Assembly (NCBI GenBank): GCA_963677435.1
Contig: OY781945.1
Coordinates: forward strand, 2,976,001-3,040,000
Origin: an uncultured Aliarcobacter sp.
GTDB lineage: Bacteria > Campylobacterota > Campylobacteria > Campylobacterales > Arcobacteraceae
Length of the DNA stretch: 64,000 bases
Reading direction: 5' to 3'
The translations under genes and the position numbers were made by a program. The notes under the pieces were generated by a model that worked only from the letters and a program-made list of their open reading frames with translations, was not told where the DNA came from and ran no database searches. This document shows positions 39,948-51,349 of the stretch, one piece after another. The stretch's first letter is position 1; each line of letters opens with the position of its first letter.

Positions 39948-40501
39948 TCTTCTTTAATATCAAAGCCTATCATTGCGTTCATAAGTGCAATTTTAGAAGC
40001 TTTTTTTAGCATCTTTACACTTATATCTTTTTCTATTAAAACTCTTTCTTCTATAAGTCTAGCCCTTGTAGTTCCACTTAATAAATAGTTTTTTGAAGTT
40101 AGCCAAGTATCTTCATAAAGTATCGCTATATTTGCAATACTTGTATCGGTTACAATACCATTTTTTATAATAATAACCTCATCACAGTTCTCTTTTTTAG
40201 AAAATAGCTCATCTAAGTTTTCTCTATTTAAATACTTTTTTGAGTATGAAATTTCATCATTAAATATTAGTTTAAAAGAGTTTATCTCTCTTTTTCTGTA
40301 AGGAAAATACTCCACATTTAGAATCTCAAAATCATTATAAATAACTTTACATCTAAGTAATTCTTCACTTATTGGATAAATATATTCTTGCAGATTTATA
40401 TTTAAACCTATTGTATTTGCTACTCTTTTATTGTGATATTCTAAATTAAAAATCTCATTATCTTCACATTTTATTGTCTCAAAATATATATTTTCTTGCA
40501 T
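39929..40501 (-). CDS. pabC: Aminotransferase class IV / 4-amino-4-deoxychorismate lyase-like
   Basis: FETIK, TDTSIANI and LLSGTTR; lies downstream of pabB. Confidence 0.75.
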   Translation of the reverse strand: MQENIYFETIKCEDNEIFNLEYHNKRVANTIGLNINLQEYIYPISEELLRCKVIYNDFEILNVEYFPYRKREINSFKLIFNDEISYSKKYLNRENLDELFSKKENCDEVIIIKNGIVTDTSIANIAILYEDTWLTSKNYLLSGTTRARLIEERVLIEKDISVKMLKKASKIALMNAMIGFDIKEDYSFKL

Positions 40502-40512
40502 TTTTAAACCTT

Positions 40513-41481
40513 TTAAAAGGGTAAATAAATTTTATCAATTAACTCTTGGTATTCATTTAAAACATCAGAATCACAAGTGATTCCACCACCACTTTTATAA
40601 TATTTATTTCCATTTATATCTTCTTGGATAAACCTAATCATCACACAAGAGTCTAACTCTTTTCCATCAAAAACTCCAAAAATCCCTGTATAAAAATCTC
40701 TATCATATCTTTCAATTTCATTTAGAATTTCAACCGTTTTTTTCTTTGGAGTTCCAGTAATTGAACCTGCTGGTAAAATAGAAGTGATAATGTCTCCAAT
40801 ATTTTCAATCCAATTTTCTTGTAAATTTGCAGAAATTTTAGAGCTTACTTGAAGTAACTTTTTATCCCCTGCATTTATAGTATCAATATATCTAAAATCT
40901 TCAACTCTTACATTTGATGCAATTATTCCTAAATCATTTCTTAGTAAATCTACAACCATTGTGTGTTCAGCCATCTCTTTTTTATTTGCTAAAATTTTCT
41001 CTTTAGCATTTGAAATTTCAGCATCAATTGTTCCTTTCATAGGATAAGTAAAAATTTTATTATCTTTTATTTTTACAAATCGCTCAGGAGAAAAACATAC
41101 AAAATTATCTTCTTGATTTTGAAATCTTAATTTATATTTACTTTTTGTATTTTCATAGATTTCATTCAAAGATAAAGGAGTTTTTATTTTGGTTTTTACT
41201 GTTAAGTTTGAAAGATAAGTATTTCCAGCTTTTATCTCTTCTTGTAATCTATCAAACTTTTTTTTATACTCTTCAAAAGAAATAGGAAATTTTTCAAGTT
41301 TTGATTTTGTAATAACTTTATTAAAATCTTCTTTTTGATTTAATTGGAACTTTATAGAATTTGGAAGCTTAGATAATTTTTCTATATAAAACTTATCTAA
41401 ATCATAAGATAAGACAAATAAAAATGGCTCTTTTGAAGAACCAAATTTATTTAATTTTTCTTTTATTAACTCTTTACTCAA
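40513..41481 (-). CDS. pabB: Aminodeoxychorismate synthase component I
   Basis: Motifs FSPERF, PMKGT, VDLLRNDL, PAGSITGTPK and SGGGIT. Confidence 0.9.
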   Translation of the reverse strand: MSKELIKEKLNKFGSSKEPFLFVLSYDLDKFYIEKLSKLPNSIKFQLNQKEDFNKVITKSKLEKFPISFEEYKKKFDRLQEEIKAGNTYLSNLTVKTKIKTPLSLNEIYENTKSKYKLRFQNQEDNFVCFSPERFVKIKDNKIFTYPMKGTIDAEISNAKEKILANKKEMAEHTMVVDLLRNDLGIIASNVRVEDFRYIDTINAGDKKLLQVSSKISANLQENWIENIGDIITSILPAGSITGTPKKKTVEILNEIERYDRDFYTGIFGVFDGKELDSCVMIRFIQEDINGNKYYKSGGGITCDSDVLNEYQELIDKIYLPF

Positions 41482-41484
41482 ATT

Positions 41485-42363
41485 TTATTTTAGAATTAAT
41501 TTTTTTAAAACAGCAGCTCTTATTGCAACACCATTTGTAACTTGTGTTAGCACTTTAGATCTTGGATCTTTTAGCATTTCATCACTTATATCAACATTTC
41601 TATTAACAGGACCTGGATGTAAAAGAATAATATCTCTATCTTCTAAAACTTCACTTGTAATACAATAATCTTTTGCATATTCATTTAAAGATTCAAAATA
41701 TATTTCAGAATGTCTTTCAAGTTGTGTTCTAAGACTCATAATAATATCAAGTTCATCAATAATATCAGAAATTTTATCATAATGTTTAAAGTCAGTACCC
41801 TCATATTTAAAGCACTCTGGTGCAATAAAACTTACATCTATTCCAAATCTTGGAAGTAATCTTCTATTAGACCCAGCAACCCTTGAAGTTCTTACATCAC
41901 CAACAATTGCAATTTTTTTACCTTCTGTTTGACCATTAAAATGTTCATAAATTGTAAATAAATCAAGTAGTGCCTGCGTTGGATGGGCATGTTTTCCATC
42001 TCCTGCATTTATAATTGGACAATCAACATATTGAGTTAAAGATTCAGGTAAGCCACACTCAGAGTGTCTAATAATAATTGCATCTGGTTTCATAGCATTT
42101 ATATTGGCAACTGTATCAAAGATAGTTTCACCTTTTGATGTTGATGAAGTACTAACATCTAAAGATACAACCTCAGCTCCCAATCTTTTTGCTGCAATTT
42201 CAAAAGAACTTCTAGTTCTAGTAGAATTTTCAAAAAATAAAGTAACAATTATTTTGCCTTTTAAAATTTCATTTGGCTTAAACTCTAAAAACTCTCTAGC
42301 ATCATTAAATATGCTTAATATTTCTTCTTTTGAAAAATCAGAAGTTCTAATCAAGTGCTGCAT
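41485..42363 (-). CDS. pyrB: Aspartate carbamoyltransferase catalytic subunit
   Basis: Motifs [20 protein letters not shown] and HPGP. Confidence 0.97.
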   Translation of the reverse strand: MQHLIRTSDFSKEEILSIFNDAREFLEFKPNEILKGKIIVTLFFENSTRTRSSFEIAAKRLGAEVVSLDVSTSSTSKGETIFDTVANINAMKPDAIIIRHSECGLPESLTQYVDCPIINAGDGKHAHPTQALLDLFTIYEHFNGQTEGKKIAIVGDVRTSRVAGSNRRLLPRFGIDVSFIAPECFKYEGTDFKHYDKISDIIDELDIIMSLRTQLERHSEIYFESLNEYAKDYCITSEVLEDRDIILLHPGPVNRNVDISDEMLKDPRSKVLTQVTNGVAIRAAVLKKLILK

Positions 42364-42460
42364 TTTTTTCCTTTTATTTTAGTTTGGATTTTAGCAAAAA
42401 GCTGTTTAAAAATAAAACTTTTTGTATAATGCAAAAATTTATCTTTCTAGGAATTATTTT

Positions 42461-44791
42461 ATGAAATTACAAATCTTTATACTATCACTGTTTATTATTC
42501 TATTTACAGCTTGTTCAACTAAACCTTTAGAACCAGTAGAGTTTGATGAATTAAAAAGAGAAATATCTTTTATTAATGATGTAAAACCAATATTGGATAA
42601 AAGATGTGTATCTTGTCACTCTTGTTATAACTCACCTTGTCAATTAAAATTATCATCTTTTGAGGGAATTCAAAGGGGTTCATCAAAAAAGAATATTTAT
42701 GAAAATAGGATGAGCGCAGATAATCCAACAAGACTTTTTGTTGATGCTGTTAATGAAAAACAATGGAGAGGGAAAGGTTTTACTTCAGTTCTTGATTCTA
42801 TGAATGAATCAAATGAATCAATAATGATGCAATATCTTTTTCAAAAAAATAAAAATCCTTTAAATATAGGAAAGTATTCTCCTGAAAAAGATGAATTAAC
42901 TTGTGTAAAAGATAAAGATGAATTAACAGATTTTTTTGATGAGAATCCACATAAAGGAATGCCATATGGTTTTCCAGCTTTAAAAAAAGATGAATACAAC
43001 CTTTTGATGACTTGGCTTAAACAAGGTTCTATAGATGATACACAAAAGGATATTCGTACTGATATTGAAAAAGAACAAATTAAGAAATTTGAACAATTCT
43101 TTAATAATCAAGACATTAAACATCAAGTAAGTGCCAGATATATTTATGAACATCTTTTTTTAGCACATATCTCTTTTGAGGATAGAAGTGGAAACTTCTA
43201 TGAGTTAATTCGCTCAAAAACTCCTACTGGACAAAAAGCACAAATTATTCCAACTAGATTTCCTTATGAGGGAATAAGTGAAAAGTTTTATTATAGATTT
43301 CAAAAAATAGAATCAACAATAGTACATAAAACTCACATGGTGTATAAGTTAAATGATGAAAAACTAAAAAGATATAATGAATTATTTATAGATACTAATT
43401 GGGAACAAAAACCATTTTTACCAACTTATGATACAAATATCTCTGCAAATGCATTAAGAACTTTTGAACAAATTCCAGTAAAAAGTCGATACCAGTTTTT
43501 ACTTGATGATGTTCATTATATTATTATGACATTTATTAGAGGTCCAGTTTGTAAAGGTCAAATTGCCTTGAATGTTATTCAAGACCAATTTTGGGTAATG
43601 TTTTTAGATCCAAAATATGATTTATCAGTTCAAGATAAATATTTTTTGCATGATAATATTTCAAATCTTTCAATACCAAATGAATATGGAGAAGATCCAA
43701 GTTTATATAAAACTTTTAAAGCTTTAGATAATTATGAATTAGCTAAAAAATATGAAACAAACAAAGCACAAATTTATAAACAATATTATCCAAAAGGTTT
43801 ATTTATGGATGCTATTTGGAAAGGAAATTCAAACCAAGAAAATGATTCAATTTTGACAATTTATAGACATTTTGATTCAGCTTCTGTACAAAAAGGTGCA
43901 TTAGGAGATATTCCAAAAACTTTGTGGGTTATTGATTATCCACTTCTTGAGCGAATTTATTATTCATTAGTTGCTGGATTTGATGTGTTTGGAAATACAG
44001 CTCATCAATTACTTGTGCGAACTCATATGGATAGATTAAGAATAGAAGGAGAGAGTAACTTCTTAGAATTTTTACCAAAAAAATCTAGAATTGATTATTT
44101 TGATTCTTGGTATGAGGGTTGGTTGGCTCAATATTTAAGTGTTTATATTCCTTCAAACAATGATGTGGATATTTCATATAAAACAACAGATTATAAAAAA
44201 GAGTTTGTGCAAAAATTATTTGAATATACAAATACAAAAAAAGACCCAATAAATTTTATAGAAGATGGTTATAAAAAAACTCCTATAAAAAATGTATATA
44301 ATTCAAAGGAAGAAATAGAAGAGAGTTTTAAAACATTAACTCTTCCAAATAGTTCTGAATTGATAAAAAATTTTAATGATACAGAGTCAAATCTTGCTTA
44401 TATAAAAATTGAACTAAATTCTGGTGAAAATCTTGTTTATACTTTAGTAATAAACAGATGGCATAAAAATGTTGCCTTACTTTTTGATGAAGAATCAAGG
44501 TTAGATTCTTCAAAAGATAGAATAAATGTCATAAAAGGTTTTATAGGTTCTTACCCAAATGCTTTTGTTATTGTAAAACAAAATCAATTAAGTGATTTTT
44601 TTAATCTTTTACAAAATTATCAAGATAATGAAAATAATAATAAAAGACTATTAAATTATGTTGTAAACAGAGCGAATCCTAATTTTTGGGAAATTTTTGA
44701 TTGGTTTGATAAAGAGTTTAAAAAACAAGATCCACTTCAATATGGTTTATTTGATTTAAATAAATATATAAGTCAAGCCAAAGAGCAATAA
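42461..44791 (+). CDS. cti: Fatty acid cis/trans isomerase (cytochrome c-type), predicted lipoprotein
   Basis: Heme motif RCVSCHSCYNSPCQLKL; PTRLFVDA, FIRGPVC and RHFDSASV; lipobox FTAC; start set at ATG 42461. Confidence 0.88.
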   Translation: MKLQIFILSLFIILFTACSTKPLEPVEFDELKREISFINDVKPILDKRCVSCHSCYNSPCQLKLSSFEGIQRGSSKKNIYENRMSADNPTRLFVDAVNEKQWRGKGFTSVLDSMNESNESIMMQYLFQKNKNPLNIGKYSPEKDELTCVKDKDELTDFFDENPHKGMPYGFPALKKDEYNLLMTWLKQGSIDDTQKDIRTDIEKEQIKKFEQFFNNQDIKHQVSARYIYEHLFLAHISFEDRSGNFYELIRSKTPTGQKAQIIPTRFPYEGISEKFYYRFQKIESTIVHKTHMVYKLNDEKLKRYNELFIDTNWEQKPFLPTYDTNISANALRTFEQIPVKSRYQFLLDDVHYIIMTFIRGPVCKGQIALNVIQDQFWVMFLDPKYDLSVQDKYFLHDNISNLSIPNEYGEDPSLYKTFKALDNYELAKKYETNKAQIYKQYYPKGLFMDAIWKGNSNQENDSILTIYRHFDSASVQKGALGDIPKTLWVIDYPLLERIYYSLVAGFDVFGNTAHQLLVRTHMDRLRIEGESNFLEFLPKKSRIDYFDSWYEGWLAQYLSVYIPSNNDVDISYKTTDYKKEFVQKLFEYTNTKKDPINFIEDGYKKTPIKNVYNSKEEIEESFKTLTLPNSSELIKNFNDTESNLAYIKIELNSGENLVYTLVINRWHKNVALLFDEESRLDSSKDRINVIKGFIGSYPNAFVIVKQNQLSDFFNLLQNYQDNENNNKRLLNYVVNRANPNFWEIFDWFDKEFKKQDPLQYGLFDLNKYISQAKEQ

Positions 44792-44863
44792 TTAATAAAT
44801 GGTTTAAATATTTTAGATATAATTTTCCCTTAAAATCACATCTAAATTTTTTTAGGAAAATAA

Positions 44864-46063
44864 ATGAATGAACAAATAGAACAAATAGACAAAGAGTATG
44901 TATTACATACTTATTCTAGAAATTATGTTAACTTTAAAAAAGGTATAAATGCTACACTTTTTGATGAAAATGATAAAGATTATATTGATTTTACATCGGG
45001 AATTGCAGTTTGTAGTGTAGGACATGGAAATAAAAGAGTTGCTGATAAAATCTATGAACAAGTTTTAAATATAACTCATATTTCAAATTTATATGCAATT
45101 GAACCACAAGCAAAATTAGCAAAAAGATTAAAAGAATTATGTGGCTATGACATTAGAACTTTTTTTGCGAATAGTGGTGCTGAAGCAAATGAAGGTGCTA
45201 TTAAAATTGCTAGAAAATATGGTGAAACAAAATTTGAAAATAAAAGATATAAAGTTATCACATTAGAACACTCTTTTCATGGAAGAACTATTACAACTGT
45301 AAAAGCAACTGGACAAAGCTCAATGCATACTCCAAACTTTGCTCCATATCCTGATGGTTTTTCATATCATAATAAAATAGATGATATTTATAATGCAATT
45401 GATAATGAAACTGTTGCTGTTATGATTGAACTTGTTCAAGGTGAAGGTGGTGTTCAACCATTTGATAAAAAAGAGATTCAAGAATTAGCAAAATTCTTAA
45501 AAGAAAATGATATTTTATTAATTATTGATGAAGTTCAAACAGGAGTTTATAGAACAGGTGAGTTCTTAGCTGCTAATCTTTATGAAATTGAACCAGATAT
45601 TGTTACTCTTGCAAAAGGTTTAGGTGGTGGAGTTCCAATTGGTGCTATTATGACAACACTTAAAGATATTTTTAGTCCAGGTGATCATGGTTCTACTTTT
45701 GGTGGAAATTATCTTGTAACAACTGCTGCTTTAGAAGTTTTAGATATTTTAGAAGAAGTAAAAGATAGTGGGGCTTTAGCTGAAACTATTATTTATTTTA
45801 ATAAAAAATTAAATGAACTTTATGAAAATAACAAAGAAATATTCACTGATAATGTAGGTCTTGGACTCATGAGAGGACTAAGAGTTAAAGATGCTGATAC
45901 TTTAGCACTTGTTATTAAAACTGCCTTTGAACACGGTATATTAGTTTTAAAAGCAGGGAAAAATACTTTAAGATTTCTTCCAGCATTAACTATTTCAAAA
46001 GAAGAAATGAATGAAGGATTTGTAAGGTTAGAAAATGCACTTGATAAAATCAAGCAAGGTTAA
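44864..46063 (+). CDS. argD: Acetylornithine aminotransferase (class III)
   Basis: Motifs NSGAEANE, SFHGRT, QGEGG, DEVQTG and LAKGLGGG. Confidence 0.9.
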   Translation: MNEQIEQIDKEYVLHTYSRNYVNFKKGINATLFDENDKDYIDFTSGIAVCSVGHGNKRVADKIYEQVLNITHISNLYAIEPQAKLAKRLKELCGYDIRTFFANSGAEANEGAIKIARKYGETKFENKRYKVITLEHSFHGRTITTVKATGQSSMHTPNFAPYPDGFSYHNKIDDIYNAIDNETVAVMIELVQGEGGVQPFDKKEIQELAKFLKENDILLIIDEVQTGVYRTGEFLAANLYEIEPDIVTLAKGLGGGVPIGAIMTTLKDIFSPGDHGSTFGGNYLVTTAALEVLDILEEVKDSGALAETIIYFNKKLNELYENNKEIFTDNVGLGLMRGLRVKDADTLALVIKTAFEHGILVLKAGKNTLRFLPALTISKEEMNEGFVRLENALDKIKQG

Positions 46064-47228
46064 ACTACTACTTTGTAGTTTAATCTTTTCAAGTTTGTAT
46101 GCTCAAACTGAAGCCTTTGATGAAAAAATTCTTTCAGATAAAAGACTGAAAGATTTTGATTTATCACAAGAACAAATTAAAGAAGATAGTTCAAAACTAA
46201 GAAAAGATTGGATAAATCCAATTACCTATCAATATACAAATAATTTGGGTGAAGATGATAAAACTCAAAGGTCGATGATATCTATTAATCAACCTATTTT
46301 CCAAAGTGGTGGAATTTATCAAGCTATAAAATATGCAGATAATAGTTATAAATATGCAGATTTAGATTTAGCACAACAAAAAAAAGAGCTAATCAAAGAA
46401 GCATTAAATTATCTTTATAATATTGAAAAAGCTAACTTAAATATTCAAAAAGCTAAATACACTTTAGAAAATGCAAAAATAGATGTGAATAGAAAAAAGG
46501 AACAAGTTTTAAATGGTTTTTTAGATGCTTCATTTTTGGATGATGCACTTTTAACTTTGAACACTACAAAAAATAACTTGGTTGATTTAAAATATCAAAA
46601 ACAAGAATTAATCAATAATTTTAATAATATATCTTCAAGCGATTATACAAATTTTGAGTTGCCAACTTTTACAATATTTAGTGAAAAAGAGTTTTTAGAA
46701 AATAATATAAATCTAAAAAAAATAGAAGCTGATGTGGATAAAAAAAATAATTATTCATATATGACAATGGCGAAATATCTTCCAAGTGTAAATGCATATT
46801 ATACTTATTCAAAATATCATGATACAGATAATAATACAAAATACTCAAAAGAGAATGACCAAACTTTTGGATTAACTGTAACTGTACCTTTTGATTCAAG
46901 AACTTACAATGATGTTCAAAGTAAAAGAATTGATTATTTAAAATCTAAATTAAATTTAGAAAATAGCTTAAATGATGAAAAAACTTTTTTCAAAAGTAAA
47001 CTTCAAAAAATATCAATGATTGAGGAAAGATTACAAATTACAAAAGATGATTTAGAAGTTTATAACTCTATTTTAAAAATCATAAATGAAGAGAAAGAAG
47101 CCCAATTAAAAACCCAAAGTGATTTGGATACTCTACAAAATTCACAAAAAATAAAATCTTTAGATTTAAAAATCTACGAAATAGATAAACAACTAGAACT
47201 TCTAGAAATGTATGTAAAACTTTATTAA
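46035..47228 (+). CDS. TolC-family outer membrane efflux protein
   Basis: Signal peptide, INQPIFQSG and YLPSV...GLTVTVPF repeats, long helices. Confidence 0.75.
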   Translation: MHLIKSSKVKLLLCSLIFSSLYAQTEAFDEKILSDKRLKDFDLSQEQIKEDSSKLRKDWINPITYQYTNNLGEDDKTQRSMISINQPIFQSGGIYQAIKYADNSYKYADLDLAQQKKELIKEALNYLYNIEKANLNIQKAKYTLENAKIDVNRKKEQVLNGFLDASFLDDALLTLNTTKNNLVDLKYQKQELINNFNNISSSDYTNFELPTFTIFSEKEFLENNINLKKIEADVDKKNNYSYMTMAKYLPSVNAYYTYSKYHDTDNNTKYSKENDQTFGLTVTVPFDSRTYNDVQSKRIDYLKSKLNLENSLNDEKTFFKSKLQKISMIEERLQITKDDLEVYNSILKIINEEKEAQLKTQSDLDTLQNSQKIKSLDLKIYEIDKQLELLEMYVKLY

Positions 47229-47295
47229 GTTTTACATTACATAAATCTATATAATCTCCATAAAATAGTATATAATAGAATAAATATCTTTATTT

Positions 47296-49845
47296 ATGGA
47301 AACAATGATGCAAAAAATTAAATCAAAAAATCAACAACTTGGGAAAATTCTTTCTAAACATTTTGTTAAATTTTCATTAATTCCTATACTTATAATTGAA
47401 GTTTCATTAATTATATTATACTTCTCTATAAACTCATATATTTCATCAAAAAATGTTAATCTTTTATTAAAACAAGCATTATCACATACTCAAACAATTT
47501 TAGAAAGTGAAGCCACAATCATAAGTAATAAACTTGGAGAAATTACAAAAACAGCTACAATTTTACAGAATTTACATGAAGATATCATTTCAAATCCTAA
47601 ACATTTTGACTTTTCAAATGATAATCTACAATTTTCTGTAGCACCAAATGGAGTATTTTATAAGACAAATAAAAATGGTTCTAGTCTTTATTATTCATCT
47701 AATACAAAAATTACACAAAAAGAAAAAGATAAAGCAACTTTAACTGAAGCTATGGATACTTCATTAAAAAGTGCTGTAGAAACTAATCCAATTATAACTG
47801 CTGCATATTTTAATACTTGGGATAATATGAATAGACTTTATCCTTTTATTGATAATGTCTATGAACAATATGGTCAACATATTAATATGGAAGATTATAA
47901 TTTCTATTATTTAGCTGATTTAAAACATGACCCCGAAAAAAAACCTGTTTGGACAAATACATATCTAGATCCTGCTGGAAATGGTTGGATGTTATCATGT
48001 GTTGTTCCAATTTATAATAAAGATTTTTTAGAAGGAGTTACGGGACTTGATATTACAATTGATAGTTTTGTAAAAAATATATTAGATAAAAAACTACCGT
48101 ATGAAGCAAGTTTATTTTTAGTTGATGAAACTGGTATGATTATTGCTATGCCTGAAAAAATAGAATCTTTACTCGGATTAAAAGAGTTAAAAGAACATCT
48201 TTATACAGACTCCATTTTAAAAACAATATCAAAACCAGAAGAGTTTAATATTCTTACAAATAAAAGTCCCTTTGCAGCTCATTTTAAAAATCTGATTGAA
48301 AATAAAACAAAATATGCTACTTTAAAAATTAATAATAAAGAGTATTTAACACTACAAGAGAACATTGAAGAAAACAAATGGAAATTGATGATTCTAATTG
48401 ATACAAAAAACATATATACTTCAATTGAATCTTTAAAAAATTTATCTGATAATATTGGTTATCTAGCTATTATTTTTTTAATATCATTTTATGTCATTTT
48501 CTTTTATTTTTTATTAAAAAAAATAAATATCTTTTCAGATTCTATTACTAAACCTATAATTGATTTATCAACACAAACTTCACAAGTATCAGGAGAGCAT
48601 AAAGATATAGAAATAATTGATACAAATATATCAGAAATTCATCAACTAAGTTCAAACTTTGTTTTAATGATAAAGCAATTAAATGAAAGAACAAAAAAAC
48701 TTTATGATGCCAAAATTTCAGCAGAAGAAGCCAATAAAGCAAAAGATGATTTTCTAGCAAATATGAGTCATGAACTTAAAACTCCTCTAAATTCAATCAA
48801 TATAATTAGTGAAATAATGAAAAAAAATAGATCTAAAAATTTAGATGAAAAACAGATAAAAAATCTAGAAATCATACATAAATGTGGGGAAGATTTATTA
48901 TATTTAATAAATGATATTCTTGATTTATCAAAACTTGATGCAAAAGAAAATCTTATTCAAAACTCAAAAATAGATTTAAAAGAGTATATGACAAATATTT
49001 ATGATATGTTTTATGCACAAACAAAAGAAAAGAGTTTAAAACTTGTTTTTAAAATTGATGATAGTTTAGATTTTATATATAGTGATGAAATTAAAATAAA
49101 ACAAATAATAAAAAATCTTCTAAGTAATTCACTTAAATTTACAAAAGAAGGCAAAATCTACTTTTTTGTAGAAGATTATAAAACTGATATTAAAATCACT
49201 ATTCAAGATGAAGGAATTGGAATTCCACAAGATAAAATTGAATATATTTTTGATAGATTTAAGCAATTAGATGGAACTAGAACTAGGAAATATGGAGGAA
49301 CAGGTTTAGGACTTACTATATGTAAGGAGTTAATAACTCTTTTAAATGGAAAAATAAATGTAACTAGTCAAGTAGGTGTTGGTACAACTTTTGAAGTAAT
49401 TATTCCTAAAAACAATGATTTAGTTTTAGAAGAAAATATTGATAATCATCAAAAGGTTGAAGAGTCAAGCAATGATGAAATAAATAATATTTCTATTGAA
49501 GAAGATTTTGTATTTGAGAATGATAAAAATCCAATCGAAAAAGAGCTTATTTATATTTTAAATAATGATCCAATTTACTTCTTAAATCTAATAATAGAAT
49601 TAAATAAAAAATATATTGTAAAACAAGTAGCAAAAACAGAAGAGTTATTATTAATTGGTGAAGAAAATTTCAAAATTATTGTTGATATATCAAAATTAAA
49701 AGATAATGATATAAAAATTATAAAAGATTTATATTCAAATAATTTAATTCTTTTATATGAAGATATTATTGAAGAAGAATTGAGAAATAAAGCCTCAAGA
49801 ATTTATCAAAAACCTTTAAGTAAAGATATTATTCTTAGTTTATAG
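47296..49845 (+). CDS. Cache-domain sensor histidine kinase with a degenerate C-terminal receiver-like domain
   Basis: Two TMs, Cache motif WTNTYLDPAG, H-box FLANMSHELKTPLN, N and G boxes (DEGIGI, GGTGLGL). Confidence 0.9.
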   Translation: METMMQKIKSKNQQLGKILSKHFVKFSLIPILIIEVSLIILYFSINSYISSKNVNLLLKQALSHTQTILESEATIISNKLGEITKTATILQNLHEDIISNPKHFDFSNDNLQFSVAPNGVFYKTNKNGSSLYYSSNTKITQKEKDKATLTEAMDTSLKSAVETNPIITAAYFNTWDNMNRLYPFIDNVYEQYGQHINMEDYNFYYLADLKHDPEKKPVWTNTYLDPAGNGWMLSCVVPIYNKDFLEGVTGLDITIDSFVKNILDKKLPYEASLFLVDETGMIIAMPEKIESLLGLKELKEHLYTDSILKTISKPEEFNILTNKSPFAAHFKNLIENKTKYATLKINNKEYLTLQENIEENKWKLMILIDTKNIYTSIESLKNLSDNIGYLAIIFLISFYVIFFYFLLKKINIFSDSITKPIIDLSTQTSQVSGEHKDIEIIDTNISEIHQLSSNFVLMIKQLNERTKKLYDAKISAEEANKAKDDFLANMSHELKTPLNSINIISEIMKKNRSKNLDEKQIKNLEIIHKCGEDLLYLINDILDLSKLDAKENLIQNSKIDLKEYMTNIYDMFYAQTKEKSLKLVFKIDDSLDFIYSDEIKIKQIIKNLLSNSLKFTKEGKIYFFVEDYKTDIKITIQDEGIGIPQDKIEYIFDRFKQLDGTRTRKYGGTGLGLTICKELITLLNGKINVTSQVGVGTTFEVIIPKNNDLVLEENIDNHQKVEESSNDEINNISIEEDFVFENDKNPIEKELIYILNNDPIYFLNLIIELNKKYIVKQVAKTEELLLIGEENFKIIVDISKLKDNDIKIIKDLYSNNLILLYEDIIEEELRNKASRIYQKPLSKDIILSL

Positions 49846-49846
49846 C

Positions 49847-49879
49847 TAATAAATAAGGTAAAAATTACCTTATTTATTA
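49847..49879. terminator. Bidirectional terminator between the kinase gene and pyk
   Basis: TAATAAATAAGGTAA-AAA-TTACCTTATTTATTA between convergent genes. Confidence 0.7.
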
Positions 49880-49882
49880 CTC

Positions 49883-51349
49883 TTATTTAGACTTTTTATC
49901 TTTTTCTTTTGTTTCTTTAAAATTTAAGTAATACTCAATTTCAGATGGAGTTAAAATTTTAATTGTATTTGTACTTCCTGGCATTCCAACTGGATATCCA
50001 ACAGTAGCTACATATAATCCATTTTTATTTAATAATCCTCTTCCATCAAGCTCTTTTAACATTTTTTGAAACATTTTTGAAGCTTGTGACTCTTTAATTG
50101 TTCCTATTGGTTCAACTCCCCAAACAGCAGTTAAAGAATTTAAAACTTTTCTTTTATGTGTAAATGTAAAAATAGGAGTTCTTGGTCTATATCTTGACAT
50201 TTTTAAAGCAGATTTTCCAGAACTTGTAAGTGCTAAAATACCATTTGCTTTTAAATCATCTGCAAGTTTTGTAACTGTTGCTTGAATAACATCAAATTCA
50301 TCTAAATATGGGAATTTGTATTGTTTATCGTAATTATAAATACCCTCAGTTTTTGCAATAATATTATGCATTGTATCAACAACATTAACTGGGTCTTCTC
50401 CAACTGCACTCTCTTCAGAAAGCATTACAACATCAGTTCCATCTAAAACAGCATTTGCAACATCTGAGATTTCAGCACGAGTAGCTCTTTCATTTTGAGT
50501 CATTGATAAAAGCATTTGAGTTGCTGTAATTACTGGGATTCCTTTTAAATTTGCTTTTTTAATAAGCATTTTTTGAATTGTAGGAACATCATAATAAGGT
50601 ACTTCTATTCCTAAATCTCCCCTAGCAACCATTAATCCATCACTTGCTTCTATAATTTCATCAATATTTTCAACAGCATCAAATTTTTCAATTTTTGCGA
50701 TTAATTTACCTTTATATGAACCTAAAAGATGTCTAGCTCTTCTCATATCTTTTGCATTTTGAACAAATGAAATAGCAAAATAATCAACTTCGTTTTCAAC
50801 TCCCCAAGCAATATCAATTTCATCTTTTTTTGTAATTACATCAATGTCAATTACAGTATTTGGGAAGTTTACACCTTTTCGTGAAGAAAGTGTTCCATGA
50901 TTTTCAATTCTAGCTTTTACTTCTTTTCCAATTTCAATAACTTTTGCTCTAATTGTTCCATCATATAAATATATATATTCATCTATTTTAACTTTGTCTA
51001 AAATATCTGGATAATTAATAGATACAACATACTCTTTGTCTGCTTTTTTGTATCCAATCATATCATCTTTTAAAAATGTAATTACATCATCTCTATATAA
51101 TTCAAATGGCTCTTTTAAATCACCAATTCTTACTTTTGGTCCTGAAATATCTTGTAAAATTCCAACTGTTTTATCTAAGTTTTTCATTGCTGTTCTAATA
51201 TTATTTAATGTTTCTAAATGATATTCGTGACTTCCGTGTGAAAAGTTTAATCTAAACATATTTGCACCGGCTTTTATAAGTCCTTCAATCATCTCCACGC
51301 TATGGCTTGCTGGGCCTAAAGTTGCTAATATTTTTGTTCTTTTTTCCAT
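49883..51349 (-). CDS. pyk: Pyruvate kinase
   Basis: Motifs TKILATLGP, RLNFSHG, MVARGDLG and ATQMLLSM. Confidence 0.97.
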   Translation of the reverse strand: MEKRTKILATLGPASHSVEMIEGLIKAGANMFRLNFSHGSHEYHLETLNNIRTAMKNLDKTVGILQDISGPKVRIGDLKEPFELYRDDVITFLKDDMIGYKKADKEYVVSINYPDILDKVKIDEYIYLYDGTIRAKVIEIGKEVKARIENHGTLSSRKGVNFPNTVIDIDVITKKDEIDIAWGVENEVDYFAISFVQNAKDMRRARHLLGSYKGKLIAKIEKFDAVENIDEIIEASDGLMVARGDLGIEVPYYDVPTIQKMLIKKANLKGIPVITATQMLLSMTQNERATRAEISDVANAVLDGTDVVMLSEESAVGEDPVNVVDTMHNIIAKTEGIYNYDKQYKFPYLDEFDVIQATVTKLADDLKANGILALTSSGKSALKMSRYRPRTPIFTFTHKRKVLNSLTAVWGVEPIGTIKESQASKMFQKMLKELDGRGLLNKNGLYVATVGYPVGMPGSTNTIKILTPSEIEYYLNFKETKEKDKKSK

